In this document: positions 22,079 through 34,012 of the stretch, one piece after another
Layout: every line of letters starts with the position of its first letter
Position numbering within the stretch: position 1 is the first letter of the stretch
Assembly (NCBI RefSeq): GCF_963921235.1
Contig: NC_086120.1
Coordinates: 30,938,001 to 31,002,000 of the forward strand
Source: Mobula hypostoma
Lineage: Eukaryota
DNA length: 64,000 nucleotides
Direction of reading: 5' to 3'
Made by a program: the position numbers and the translations under genes
The notes under the pieces: model-generated
What the model was told of the DNA's origin: nothing
What the model saw: only the letters and a program-made list of their open reading frames with translations
Database searches by the model: none

Positions 22079-22769
22079 CTCTATGACTCTAATTACATTT
22101 AAAAAATACTTGGCCTTGGTAATTATAGCCATGAAATTACTCGATTGTCAGATCAATCCTCGCTGGTTGCTTCAAGGAAGGATATCTGCCATCTTTACAT
22201 GGTCTTACCTAATGTATTTGATTCTTAAGCAGCTCCTTTGTTCAGGGGCAAAGAAAGATGTGCACTAAATGCAAGCATTTCTAGTGATGTCCACATCTCA
22301 GGAGCAAATACATGAAGAAATGATGAGCTATTGACAGTAGAAATGTCCAAGAGACCCAGAAATTGGGGAACGCTGTCAACCTGGAGATTTGTTGGACTGG
22401 AAAAGACTCCAGAGATGTGAAGTAATGGCACTCGGAAAATCTGCAAAATATGAAGGTAAGATTGTGGAAGAGGCAGATACATTAAAGGCATTTACATTAG
22501 ATATGCACATGGATGACAGAAAAATGGAGGACTATATAGAAGGGTTAGATCGATCTTTGAGTAGGTCATCACAATATTGTAAGCTGGAAATCACTGTGCT
22601 GTAGTGTCTACGTTGTATGTTGTTATATAACAATGATAAACAACGCTTGATGTCTGTACAATCATACATGCAATCACAGCAGATGTAACTGGAGTTGATA
22701 ATAAACCTCTTCTCACCAAAGAACAATCCTGGATCATCTCACAAAGCTGCTATGAGAATATTAATGGAC

Positions 22770-23145
22770 AGCGTCCATTGTTAAGGACCTCCAGCACCCA
22801 GGACATGCCCTTTTCTCACTGTTACCATTAGGTAGGAGGTACAGGAGCCTGAAGGTGCACACTCAGCCATTCAGGAACAGCTTCTTCCCCTCTGCCATCC
22901 GATTCCTAAATGGACATTGAACCCGTGAACACTACCTCACTTTTTTAATATACAATTATTTCTGTTTTTGCATGATTTTAATCTATTCAACATGCATATA
23001 CTGTAAATTGGTTTACTTATTTATTTATTATTATTATTTTATTTATCTTTCTTCTTCTTCTATATTAGGTATTGCAATGAACTGCTGCTGCTAAGTTAAC
23101 AAATTTCACGACACATGCCGGTGATAATAAACCTGATTCTGATTC
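22770..23145 (+). mobile_element. Rex1/Babar 3' fragment
   Basis: Near-identical to 9835-10214. Tail aataaacctgattctgattc. Confidence 0.88.
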
Positions 23146-23149
23146 CCTC

Positions 23150-23950
23150 TTATGGAAAGATACTGAATAGAGTGCCAGACGGGTTATTTATTCATATCTA
23201 CAAGCTTCTTGTAGGAAAGGACAGTGAGAAATGGTCCTGGGGCTGAAGATTCGGTTGGAATGGTGAGATAGACGTTATTCCGGATTGAAACTGAAATGAA
23301 TTTCGCACAATAGGAATGGTGAAGCAACAAAAATGATCTGCTGGGGGAACTCAGGAAATGGAGTGGTAGCTGTGGGGGGTGGGGGGAGGTCAGGAATTGT
23401 TGATGTTTCGAGACCTGATACAGAGCTTAAGCTCAAAACATTGATATCTCTAGTCCCCTCTCTCCCGCCTACCCCACCCCCCCACCCCCACCCCATATAG
23501 ATGCTGACAACCCGCTGAGTTCTTCAGATCGTTTGTTGCTCTGGATTCCAATGTCTGCAGTCTTTCACGTCTCTAGAAAGGTAAAAGGTGATCTCATTGA
23601 AACCTATATTCCAAGGGGGATTAACAGCGTAGATGCTGAGAAGCCGTTCATTGAAGATGGAGAACGTACATCTAGTGGGGTTGGGGGCTGGGTGGTGGAT
23701 AGGGAGACCATTGAGTCTCTGAATAGAAATTCAACCATTTAGTGAGTAGTAAGTCTTTGGACAGCTCTACCCCTGAGAGCTGTGACTACCTCATTTGTGA
23801 GGTCATTAGGTTTTTGGACACCAGGAGAATTAAGGGTTATGGAAATCAGGACGCAAAGAGAATGGAGCACAAGATCAGCTGTTACGCAGAGTACTCAAGT
23901 AGGCTTGACAGGTTTGGGGCCTATTACTGCTCATATTTCTTCTGTTCTTG
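23150..23950 (+). mobile_element. Degraded CR1 3' region with nested PLE palindrome (about 23315-23572)
   Basis: aaggtgatctcattgaaacctat and aagggttatgg CR1 motifs. Inverted atctgctgggggaactcag / ctgagttcttcagatc arms. Confidence 0.6.
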
Positions 23951-23959
23951 AGATGTAAT

Positions 23960-24120
23960 AAAATAGTAGAGGGATTTGAAAACCAGGATGAGGAATTTGC
24001 AAGTCAATACATTAGAGGATGGTGTGCCAAGTGAACTTGGAAAGGAGGGGGAGGGAGCAGAAGAGATGAGGGACCTTGTGTGGCTTTGCTTTGGGCCAGA
24101 ACTCTGTGTATTCAGATACT
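23960..24120 (-). mobile_element. L2 LINE ORF2 C-terminal relic
   Basis: Minus-strand ...CKFLILVFKSL resembles the L2 RI.FKIL.L.FK.L motif. Confidence 0.55.
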
Positions 24121-24629
24121 GTGTTGAAAAGTGAACTCCTGACATAACAGATGGGGCCGATCTGGAATAAATAAACTTCACCACGTGGAGATAGAGGCAT
24201 AACACAGTCAGGGTACAAACACACACACATACATTGATGGTTGGCGATGTGTTACAAGGCAGTAATTCAAGTGAATAGGTTGCTGACATGACTAACGTTG
24301 AAACTTACTGCCAAACATTCGTTATTCTTTATATTATAACTGTCTGGAGTTTATTTAAAAAATAAATATTTCCTCTTTTTTTTTGTTAACTCTTTGGCAG
24401 CAGCCTGCCAGGCAGTAAAGGGAAGGGGCATTGACAACTACTGAGCAATAGAGCAGGAGCCAGGAGTCTACACAGGAACAAGACAGCCATCTCCTCCCCT
24501 TACCATCCTTGGCACAGGCATTGAACAATGCCCATTCCCTCCCATTGGGTCAAAAACCCTGCCGCTTCCCAGCCCAACACCGCTTTTGGCAATGCCTTTA
24601 GCATGAGAAATGCAGTTTCAAAATCCTAG

Positions 24630-25130
24630 AATTACGGGGAAGGTAGGTATTCATCCCATTAAGTCTGTACTAGCCCCTGGTAGAGCAAACCCGCCATTCC
24701 CATTTCCCCAGCTCTTTCTTCATAGCCCTGTAATTTATTCTCTGGCAAATGCCTATCCAATTTCCTTCTGAGGAACTCAATTAACTCTTTCTAGGACTTC
24801 TAACTCTTCTAGATATTTAAAAAAAATCATCAAAATGCACCTTTTGCTGAGAGTATTGTCCATGGTCCCATCCATTAATGGGAACACCTTACGTGTATTG
24901 ATTCTGCCACAACCTAGCATGTCCCTCAACTATTCTATACAATCTCATTCCAATCTTCTTTGCTTCATCTCCAGGAAAACCTTACAAAGGGAAGTCCCTC
25001 ATCCCTGGAACCAAACTGCGCGCTCTCCAGGTACTTTCCGTCCTTCCCAGAGAGCAGTGACCAAAATGAGATGCAATGTTCAAGTTGTTGCCTAACCAAT
25101 GTTTTACATAAGTTCAATATAATTTCTCTC
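24630..25130 (-). mobile_element. Degraded CR1 3' fragment
   Basis: ctatccaatttcctt, aatctcattccaatcttctttgc and cctaaccaatgttttacataagttcaa match antisense CR1. Confidence 0.55.
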
Positions 25131-25849
25131 CACACTTGTATTTATGGATCCTTGGATCTTATTTTATTTTTGCTATATGTTCTTCTACTTTTGAAACGTT
25201 TCCTTGACCCCATGTTCCTTTCGAACTGCTAAGCTCTTCTCTAGGACAAATAAGGGTGGGCTATAAATGATTTGTTCTCATCCTGTAACTGAATATAAAA
25301 TAAAGAAGCATACAGGTGTACTCTGCGGACCCTGGGATATTCTATCACATTGTATCAATGTCGCTAAATGTTTTTGTATTTGGAGTTCGTACTCCCAATG
25401 TGCATTGTGGTTCAGTGGTTGGGTAACACTGCCCAACTTTAGAAAAGCAGTCTTTCCAGGTTTTGTTAGAACGAGCCAGCTCGTATGCGAGATCATCAAC
25501 ATGTGATATTTATGCTGTTTTTTTAAAATTTCTATAGATGCTATCTGATTTGCTGAGAATTTCTGGTGTTTATTTTTATTCCAGATTTAAAGTAGCTGAT
25601 ATGTTCTTCATCTTACAATTCCTACTTCCCTTGTTTTTTACCTCTCTCTTCTTCATTCATTCACCTCCCTCTGCACCTCTTCCAGACAGATAAGCTGCCA
25701 TTAAGGCATTTTCATCTCCCTCACGTATTCGGCACAGGCAGTATTTTGAACACCTGGATGATTTTGATCTCCATCTTCCCTCAGACATCTTGTTTGATCT
25801 CTCCATCCGTCACTCTCTCTGCAACTGCTTCCCAATCCCATTCAGACTT

Positions 25850-26392
25850 GTCAATCCATGGCCACATTCAGGTTGCAGGAGCAATACCTTATATTCCGTC
25901 TGGGTAGCCTGCAGCCTGAGGGCATAACACCAATTTCTTGAACTTCTGGTAATTGTTCCGCCTCCTGTCCTTCACCATTCCCCATTCTTGTTTCCCTCTC
26001 ACACTCTCTCTTCTTATCTGCTCATCACCTCCCTTTGGTGCTCCTCTCCCTTTCCTTTCTGCCTTGGTCTTCTGTCCTCTCCTATCAGATTCCCCCTTCT
26101 CTAGACCTTTATCTCTTTCGCAGCTCTTAACTTCACTTTCTCCCTCTCCAATCGTCGTGGTTTCCATGCCATTGGAATCAGTTGGTTGATTTGTGAAGTA
26201 TCGTGTGCTTCTCGGAGTGCAACATCAAGTACACGTTAAACAAATACACGCACAGGCGTCTTCGCTCTGTGGGCCACTTCTTCAGAACGAAGACCATCAT
26301 CCTCAACCTCGAGGGATAGCCACGCGACGACGACGACTCTTTTCCATAGAGGCAGCCTGGCCTGCTGAGTTCCTCCAACATTTTGCGTGTCT
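25850..26392 (+). mobile_element. Older PLE 3' fragment whose hammerhead region is replaced by the 26152-26336 insertion
   Basis: gccacattcaggttgcaggagcaataccttatattccgtctgggtagcct (GIY-YIG end) ... ctcttttccatagaggcagcctggcctgctgagttcctcc. Confidence 0.75.
26152..26336. mobile_element. CpG-rich 185-bp element with outward-facing (ACG)n tails, probably RTE-derived
   Basis: Left end tcgtcgtggtttcc, right end ggatagccacgcgacgacgacga. Confidence 0.55.
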
Positions 26393-27439
26393 TGCTTTCT
26401 TGCTTTTTCCAACCTGAAGAAACCTTAATTCTGGTTTTCTTTCTGTAGAGTTGGCCTGATCTGCTGAGTATTTTGGTAAAAACAAGGCCTTTAGTATTGG
26501 AGTAAAGCTACTTTTATTATTGGAGCAAGACACATCGTACTTCTCTCGTGCCTATTTTCATATAAGCCTGTTTCCAAAGCACCACCTCAAGTATTTCCAG
26601 TATGCTTAATAATGTTCTTGTTCAGCAGCCAACATGCAAACACTCACAGGAAGACCAAATCAAATGCAAGACTGTGTAGGCGTAGTCAGTGACAAATCAT
26701 TTTCAGATACTGGCCATAATGGCCCCTACATCAAGTCAGCAACCACCCATGGCGATGTCTTGCCTTCTCAAGCCTGGATCCATTGGTCCGTTGGTAGTCA
26801 GCAACTACTATCCCCGTAGGATAGATAGGGATGAAGAAAGTTCTTGGATTACAGGGTCAAACTTGGTTCTCATGTTCTCCAGAGTCCAACTCACTCCGAA
26901 CCTCGGAATGACTACTTATATGAAAAGCATCTCTGATCACAACTTCTTGCCAAGTTTAAGGAAAGCCAGCAGCCAAATGGAAATTCAGTGGACCTGAACA
27001 CAACTGTCTCCCAACTTCGCTATTGTTACTGAAAGAAAATCAGTAACATATGTAACAATAATAACGTACAAGTGTCCGAGAGGATAGTAAAACACTTCAT
27101 AAATACACATATTTATTCATGGAAGCTGGTCATCACTGGCAAGGTTGCTTTTTTATTGCTTGTCTCTAATTGTCTCTGGCTTCTTGAAGTACAGGATGTA
27201 ATTCAGAGTCAAGCACATAGCAGGCATATGGAGTCACAACCAGAGATAAGGCAACAGGTTTCTGACCAGACAGATTTTATGACAATCCAGCAGTTTTAAT
27301 TTTAAATGCAATATTTTAATTTTAATTCTAGAATTTGTTTAACTAAATTAATTGAAATTGGCCAGGGAACTTGAAGTTTCTTGAAATCAGGGCTACTAGT
27401 CCAGTAGAAAAAGTTCTTCAACTGAACCCATTTTATTGT

Positions 27440-27660
27440 TCAAATGTTCAGTTCAAGAATCTGATAACAGTGGGACAGACTGTCCTTGAGTCCAGTGGCG
27501 TGTGCTTTTGGACTTCCCTATCTTCCGTTTGATGGGAGAGAGGAGAACAGAGAATGTCTGGGTGGGTAGGGTCTTTGATCATGCTGGTTATCTTATTGAG
27601 ACAATTAGAAGTATAGACAGAGTCCATAGAGGGGAGACGGATTCCTGAGATGTGCTGATG
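27440..27660 (-). mobile_element. Rex1/Babar fragment
   Basis: gttcaagaatctgataacagtgggacagactgtccttgag...tgatgggagaga is antisense of the Rex C-terminus. Confidence 0.65.
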
Positions 27661-28329
27661 TGATGATTGTTATAAGGATGGAATAACAATGGGAAATCAG
27701 GTGTCTGTGTGGATCTGTGAGGAAAAAATGTTGCCTCTTAGAGTTCCAAATCAAAGTCTAAAAATTTCTGTTTTATTTTCAATGTACCTCTTGTTGGCCA
27801 GTTTTGTTCAGGCCAGAACAGCTGCTGTAAAACCCAGGAAGAACAGCTGCATCTCCTGCCTTGCTCATTGGAGATTAGTTTTAGGTAGGGGTCCTTTAAG
27901 AGTTAGGCCCTCATTAACATATATAGGATTCCCAATGCCCGAACATGTGGGCCTCCAGGAATACTCTGAACTGGGACTAATACATTTAATAATGGTCCCA
28001 CATGGTGTGGTTTCTAATTACTACATTTGCCATTGTTATGCCAATTTTGCACCAAGCAATGGGTGAAAATTAAACCAATTTCCTACCAGAAGCCCTGTCA
28101 CAGCTGAAGCTCTGTCCAATTAACAATTATACTGTAGGCTGAAAGGGTTTTAGACTCCATCTACCCACTAAATACTACATTATGGGAGAACAGGAGAAGG
28201 TGGGGGAGTCCAGTGCTAAACTTTTAAAAGCAAAGCACACGTTAACAAGCATTTTACAGTTTAGAAATTTATGAGAAATGCAAAACTGACAGACTGGACA
28301 CTCTTGAAATACCAGGAGCTGATATCAGA

Positions 28330-29690
28330 AGACCATAAGACAAAAGAGCAGAATTAGGCCATTCAGCCCATCAAGTCTGCTCCATCATTCCATCATGCCT
28401 GATTTATTATCCCTCTCAATCCCATACTCCTGCATTCTCCCTGTAATCACTACAAATCAAGAACCTACCAACCTCCAATATAAATATACTCAATGATGGC
28501 ATCTGCAGCCATCTGCAGCAATGAATTCTACAAATTCACTACCCTCTGGCTAAAGAAATTTAGAATCTCTGTTCTAAATAGATGGCCCTCTATTCTAAGA
28601 TTGTGCCCTCTGGTGCCCTCTGGTGCCCTCACCTCCCCACATGCACTCTATCTAGACCTATCTTCATATCATCCACAAACTTGGCCACAAAATCATCAAT
28701 TCTGTCATCTAAATCATCTTAATGCATGCACTACTAAATGACAATAAAAGAGGACTGCATGTCCTCATAATCTAATCTAATCTAATATATAAAATGAAAA
28801 GATGGCGGTCCCAACACTGACCCCTGTGGATCATCATTAATCACTGGCAGCCAACCAGAAAAGGCCTCCTTTATTCTCACTCTTTACCTCCTGCCAGTCA
28901 GCCAATCTTCTATTCATGCTTGTATATTTTCTGTACCATGGGCTCTTATCTTGTTAAGCAGCCTTATGTGCAGCACCTTGTTAAAGGCCTTCTGAAAATC
29001 CAATTAAACGACATCCACTAACTCCTTTGTCTATCCTGCCTGTTATGTCCTCAAAGAATTCCAACAGATTTGTCAGGCAAGATTTCTCCTTAAGGAAACG
29101 ATGCTGACTCTGGCCTATTTTATCATGTGTCTCCAAGTACCCAAAGCCTTAATGTAGACTCCAACATCTTTTCAATCACTGAAGGCAGGCTAGGTGGCCT
29201 ATAATTTCCTTCCATCTGCCTCCCTCCCTTCTAAAAGAGTGGAGTGACATTTGCAATTTTCCAATCCTCCAGAACCATTCTGGATTCTAGTGATTCTTCA
29301 AAGATCATTACTAAGTCCTCCACAATCTCTTCAGCTATCTGTTTCAGATCCCTGGGGTGTAGTCCATCTGGTCCAGGTGACTTATCTACCTTCAAACCTT
29401 TCAGCTTCCAAGGCACCTTCTCCAAAGTAATTGCAATTACATCGACTTTTGTCTCCTGACGCTCTCGAATTTGTGGCACACTGCTAGTGTCTTCCACAGT
29501 GAAGACTGATGAAAAATACTTTATAAATTCGTCCGCCATTTCTTTATCCCCCATTACTCCCTCTCCAGTGTTATTTTTCAGCAGTCCGATTTCCACTCTC
29601 ACCACTCTTTTACTCTTTATATATCTGAAAAACCTTTGGTATCCTTTTATATTATTGGTTAGCTTACCTTCATATTTCATCTTTGCACCA
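28330..29690 (-). mobile_element. CR1 LINE fragment (RT region plus 3' end, internally deleted), with a short tail insertion at 28715-28785
   Basis: ORF 29231..29680: FFRYIKSKR...LKVDKSPGPDGLHPRDLK...EDWKIANVTPLF. 3' end agaccataagacaaaagagcagaattaggccattcagccc. Confidence 0.88.
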
Positions 29691-30007
29691 TCATTAACAA
29701 AAACAAATCAAGGAAAACACAGTGACTTCCAGAAAAGAAGTGGAAAAAATTACAAGGTTTTTGGCAAAATTTTGACACTAAGCACAATTCCGGCATTTAG
29801 CTGAAAATGTCAGCGTGAACCAAATATCCACTCCATTGCTGCACTTGGATTTAGTCCATCATATTAAAGGATTGTGGTGGAATGCATGAAAAATAAAATG
29901 CAAATAGGTGTCAGTGTGGGCAAGTGGCCCAGCTTGTACAGGAGGAGTGGAATAATGTCGGAGGTGAGATGGTCCATTTGGTTCAGAGTGAGTGAGAAAA
30001 TATTTGA

Positions 30008-30850
30008 ACAGCACACACAAAATGCTGGAGGAACTCAGCAATCCAGGCAGCATTGATTGGAAAGGAATAAACAACCGATGTTTCTCCTCCATAGATGCTG
30101 CCTGACTTGCTGAGATCCCCCAGCACTTTTTTTGTGTTTCTCAGGACCTCCAACGTCTGCAGAATCTCTTCTATTTATGAGAAATTTACGTAAACCTTCC
30201 TCTAACGTCTTTGCTTGATCTGCTGACAAAATGTTGGGCAAATGACTGATTGATTGGAACACTTTGAGATTTGCTGGTTCGTTGTATCATGGACATTTTA
30301 ACACTTTGGGAGAAAGAATGAAGAACAATATAGAGAGTTCATCTGATCTAAAGAGTGTCAAGCAAAAGAGAGACTGGGTGCAGAAGTGTGGCAGGGCTTG
30401 TTAAGGGAGCAGTTTACAAGTCAAACTCAAATGCGGACATTACATGCAGGGACAGTGTACAAGGTCAAGGAAGTTATGCTAATCCTAAACAAAATGGAGG
30501 TCAAGTCACAACTGTGATATCAAAACCACAGCACACACAGAATCCTGGAGGAGCTCAGCAAGTCAGACAGCTTCTATTGGAGGGGAGTAAACAGTCAATG
30601 TCTCCCCACCATAGATGCTGCCTAACTTGTTGAGTTCCTCCAGCATTTTGTGTGTGTTCCTCAAGACTTCCAGCATCTGCAGAATCTCCTGTGTTTATGA
30701 GAAAATTACTTGAACGTCATCAGGGCACATCAGCCCAAAACATCAGCTGCTTATTCATTCCATCAATGCTGTCTGACTTGCTGAGTTTTTCCAGCACCCT
30801 CTGTGTCTTACTCAAGGCGTCCGGCATCTGCAGAATCTCTTGTGTTTATG
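30008..30850. mobile_element. Cluster of palindromic or half PLE-derived elements (30008-30180, 30528-30700, 30720-30850)
   Basis: Repeated acacacaaaatgctggaggaactcagca / agatgctgcctgacttgctgag..ccagcatttt inverted arms. Confidence 0.72.
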
Positions 30851-31091
30851 CAATGCCAGTCACCAAACTTTATGGAGGATGTGTAAGCACTGATCAGGGT
30901 GAAGGGAATTACTCAAATGCTTCTGAGGTTGAAAGATTTAAGCTCCAAGGAAGACCACAGAAACTGGAATTGATCTTCTCTGCGCCAAGAGGATTGAGGG
31001 GAGGTTTGAAAGAGGTACAAGATCAAGATATACAGGTCCTCCCTGGGTTACAAACACCTGACTTCCAGACAGCCCATACATAGGAACAAGC

Positions 31092-31692
31092 AGACTGGTG
31101 GAGTGACTTGCCAGCTTCTGTGGGGCTGCAGGTATCTCCTGCTGGGTGGGAATGGGACACGTCCATGTCTCTCTTCCTGCCATTACAGGCATTTACACCA
31201 CACGCTGCACCCGTAAAGCCAACAGCATTGTGAAGGACTTCACACACCCCTCATACAAACTCTTCTCCCTCCTGCCATCTGCCAAAAGGCACCGAAGCAT
31301 TCAGGCTCTCACGACCGGACTGTGCAACAGTTTCTTCCCCCAAGCCATCAGACTCCTCAATACCCAGAGTCTAGACTGATATCTACATCATTTATTATTA
31401 TATTGTAATTTGTCCTCTACTGTGCCTATTGTCTTGTTTATTATTTATTGTACTGCCCTGCACTGTTTTGTGCACTTTATGTAGTCCTGTGTAGGTCTGC
31501 AGTCTAGTGTAGTTTTTGTGTTGTCTTACATAGTCTAGTGTAGCCTTGTGTTGTCTCACTTAGTCCAGTGTAGTTTTGCGTTGTTTCATGTAGCACCGTG
31601 GTCCTGGAGGAACATTGTTTCGTTTTTACTGTGTACTGTACCAGCAGTTTAATGTCAAAATGGCAATAAAAAGCAACTTGACTTGATTTGAC
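31092..31692 (+). mobile_element. Rex1/Babar 3' fragment with (GACTT)n tail
   Basis: ORF 31146..31379 IYTTRCTRKANSIVKDFTHPSYKLFSLLPS...NSFFPQAIRLLN. tagtctagtgtag repeats in the 3' UTR. Confidence 0.88.
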
Positions 31693-31769
31693 TTCTCTCC
31701 CTCACTGAACCACAGTAGCTGAGCTGAACAGAGCTGGGAGCACTGAACAGCCTCACTTATTTACTCACT

Positions 31770-32133
31770 GTGTAAGCCGTGGTTGGCAGCTCACCTAGGA
31801 AGAGGAGAACTCTGATCTCAAACCTCCGCAGACTTGCAGCTGGACCCACTCATAGAGAAGGATTCAGGAGTGAACCCCAAGGAAAAAATTCTGGAGCTGG
31901 AGTCCCTAAGGCAGTTTTACTTTGAGTTCAACGCTGACTGGCAACTCCAGCGATGCTGCTGGTAGCAAACTGTATTGGTCTCTGCCACTCCTTCGGGTTC
32001 ATAACACGCATGGAGAGGGGGAGCTTGCTACATGGGCAACAGCTTGCTCTCCATATCGTACTGCCCAGGCTCATGCATCTAGACAGACAGGATGCAACAT
32101 CCATGGTCGACCTTGACCAACGGAGGCCTCTCT
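31770..32133 (+). mobile_element. Non-autonomous RTE-derived element
   Basis: ggcagctcacctaggaagaggagaactctgatctcaaacc (RTE 5'-type motif) and 3' ccatggtcgaccttgaccaacggaggcct. Shares a module with the SINE at 11866-12188. Confidence 0.6.
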
Positions 32134-33127
32134 CACTTAGTGAAGCCAGGTGAAACTGTTCATTTCTGACTTACGAACTGTTTGCATTATGAACCGTTTT
32201 CAGGAATGCAACCCCCTCATAACCTGGGGCAACCTGCACTTGGATATAACAGGATGAACAGTTTCATTTGGCACTATAATAACTTATGGTTCATTGAAAT
32301 TCGTGGCATGTCAGAGACAATTCAGCCCATCATTTACCTCCGTCTAAAAAAAAGCTGTTGCCCTGTTAACCTGAAGCCTTGTATGGGTCTTCCCCAGGTC
32401 ACAATGGGTCTCATGACTGTGAACTATTCATAACGCGAACTGTTCGCTAGTCAGAAATACAGCTGAGAAATAAGTTCCCACACTGGGATAGATGCCTGCA
32501 GCCCAACAGCAACCAGAAGTCCAGTCCACTGTTCTCCCATACACTTACTCGTATGTTGAGACCGCGCACAATGTGGGCATTCGTTAAACAGGGTAGGACC
32601 TCCAGGAGGACACAGCCTATCAAATATTCAGCGAGGTTTGTGATGGTTTGCTCGTCATCTTTTTGTGCTGCAACTTTCAGACATCCATCCCAATTCTCAT
32701 GAGAAAATAACTCGCATTTCCCTTCTAATCCCTCATCTTAAACGTTATCCTTTTGTTGCTCTGTACATGGGGGTGATCGTTTCTAACCACTGACGTGGTC
32801 ACATGCCTTAATAGCACACATTACTATGGCCAGCATTGCTGCACAGATCTCTGGGATTACTTCACATATTTCCTGCTGTCCTCCGTACCCTCATGCACAG
32901 GATGTTGGCCACCCGACATATCCATCCTCACGTTGTCTTTGTCTCCTCATTGGTTGATTCTTGTGGTTGGTCCGGATAATATCTCCTTCTCTAGCTCAAG
33001 CAGGACAGAACTGAAAACAAGGCAAGTCTCCCATTCACCATTCTTTTTCTTTGAGGTTTACTTATGATTGTGTCCTGAAGGTGCATCAGCCACTGTAATC
33101 TCGTCCAGTGTGGACTCCTCAGTTATA

Positions 33128-33303
33128 TTGTGGGGTGGCATGGAAGTGTCGCAGTTAACATAACACTTTACGACGCCAATTCCTGCTGCTGTCGGTAAGG
33201 AGTGCGTACGTTCCCCCATGACTGTTCCCTCTGGGTGTTCTGGTTTTCTCCCACATCCTAAAGACATATAAGTTAGTAGGTTTATTGATCACATGGGTGT
33301 AAT
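33128..33303 (+). mobile_element. V-SINE, truncated by a Rex insertion
   Basis: taaggagtgcgtacgttcccccatgac...gggtgttctggttttctcccacatcctaaagac V-domain. Confidence 0.75.
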
Positions 33304-34012
33304 TAGTCATAGTCATAGTCACACTTTATTGATCCCGGGGGATATTGGTTTTCGTTACAGTTGCACCATAAATAATAAAATAGTAATAGAAATAGTAACA
33401 GAACCATAAATAGTTAAATAGTAATATGTAAATTATGCCAGTAAATTATGAAATAAATCCAGGACCAGCCTATCGGCACAGGGTGTCTGACCCTCCAAGG
33501 GAGGAGTTGTAAAGTTTGATGGCCACAGGCAGGAATGACTTCCTATGACGCTCTGTGCTGCATCTCGGTGGAATGAGTCTCTGGCTGAATGTACTCCTGT
33601 GCCCAACCAGTACATTATGTAGTGGATGGGAGACATTGACCAAGATGGCATGCAACTTAGACATCATCCTCTTTTCAGACACCACTGTCAGAGAGTTCAG
33701 TTCCATCCCCACAACATCACTGGCCTTACGAATGAGTTTGTTGATTCTGTTGGTGTCTGCCACCCTCAGCCTGCTGCCCCAGCACACAACAGCAAACATG
33801 ATCGCACTGGCCACCACAGACTCGTAGAACATCCTCAGCATCGTCCGGCAGATGTTAAAGGACCTCAGTCTCCTCAGGAAATAGAGACGGCTCTGACCCT
33901 TCTTGTAGACAGCCTCAGTGTTCTTTGACCAGTCCAGTTTATTGTCAATTTGTATCCCCAGGTATTTGTAATCCTCCACCATGTCCACACTGACCCCCTG
34001 GATGGAAACAGG
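33304..34012 (-). mobile_element. Young Rex1/Babar LINE 3' part with (ATGACT)n tail
   Basis: ORF 33470..34060: YKYLGIQIDNKLDWSKNT...KKGQSRLYFLRRLRSF...RHRKSFLPVAIKLYN, open throughout. Confidence 0.92.

Larger units (their letters stand above)
31031..32238. mobile_element. Tigger-type MITE carrying nested Rex1 and RTE-derived insertions; a related copy lies at about 32382-32602
   Basis: TIR-like ends tacaggtcctccctgggttac and cataacctggggcaacctgca. Subterminal gacttacgaac motif. Confidence 0.55.

Noticed and set aside
26689-26997. 102-aa ORF or possible exon
   Set aside because: No recognisable homology and no donor site. An RKFLDYRV stretch in another frame is too short to call a Gypsy relic.
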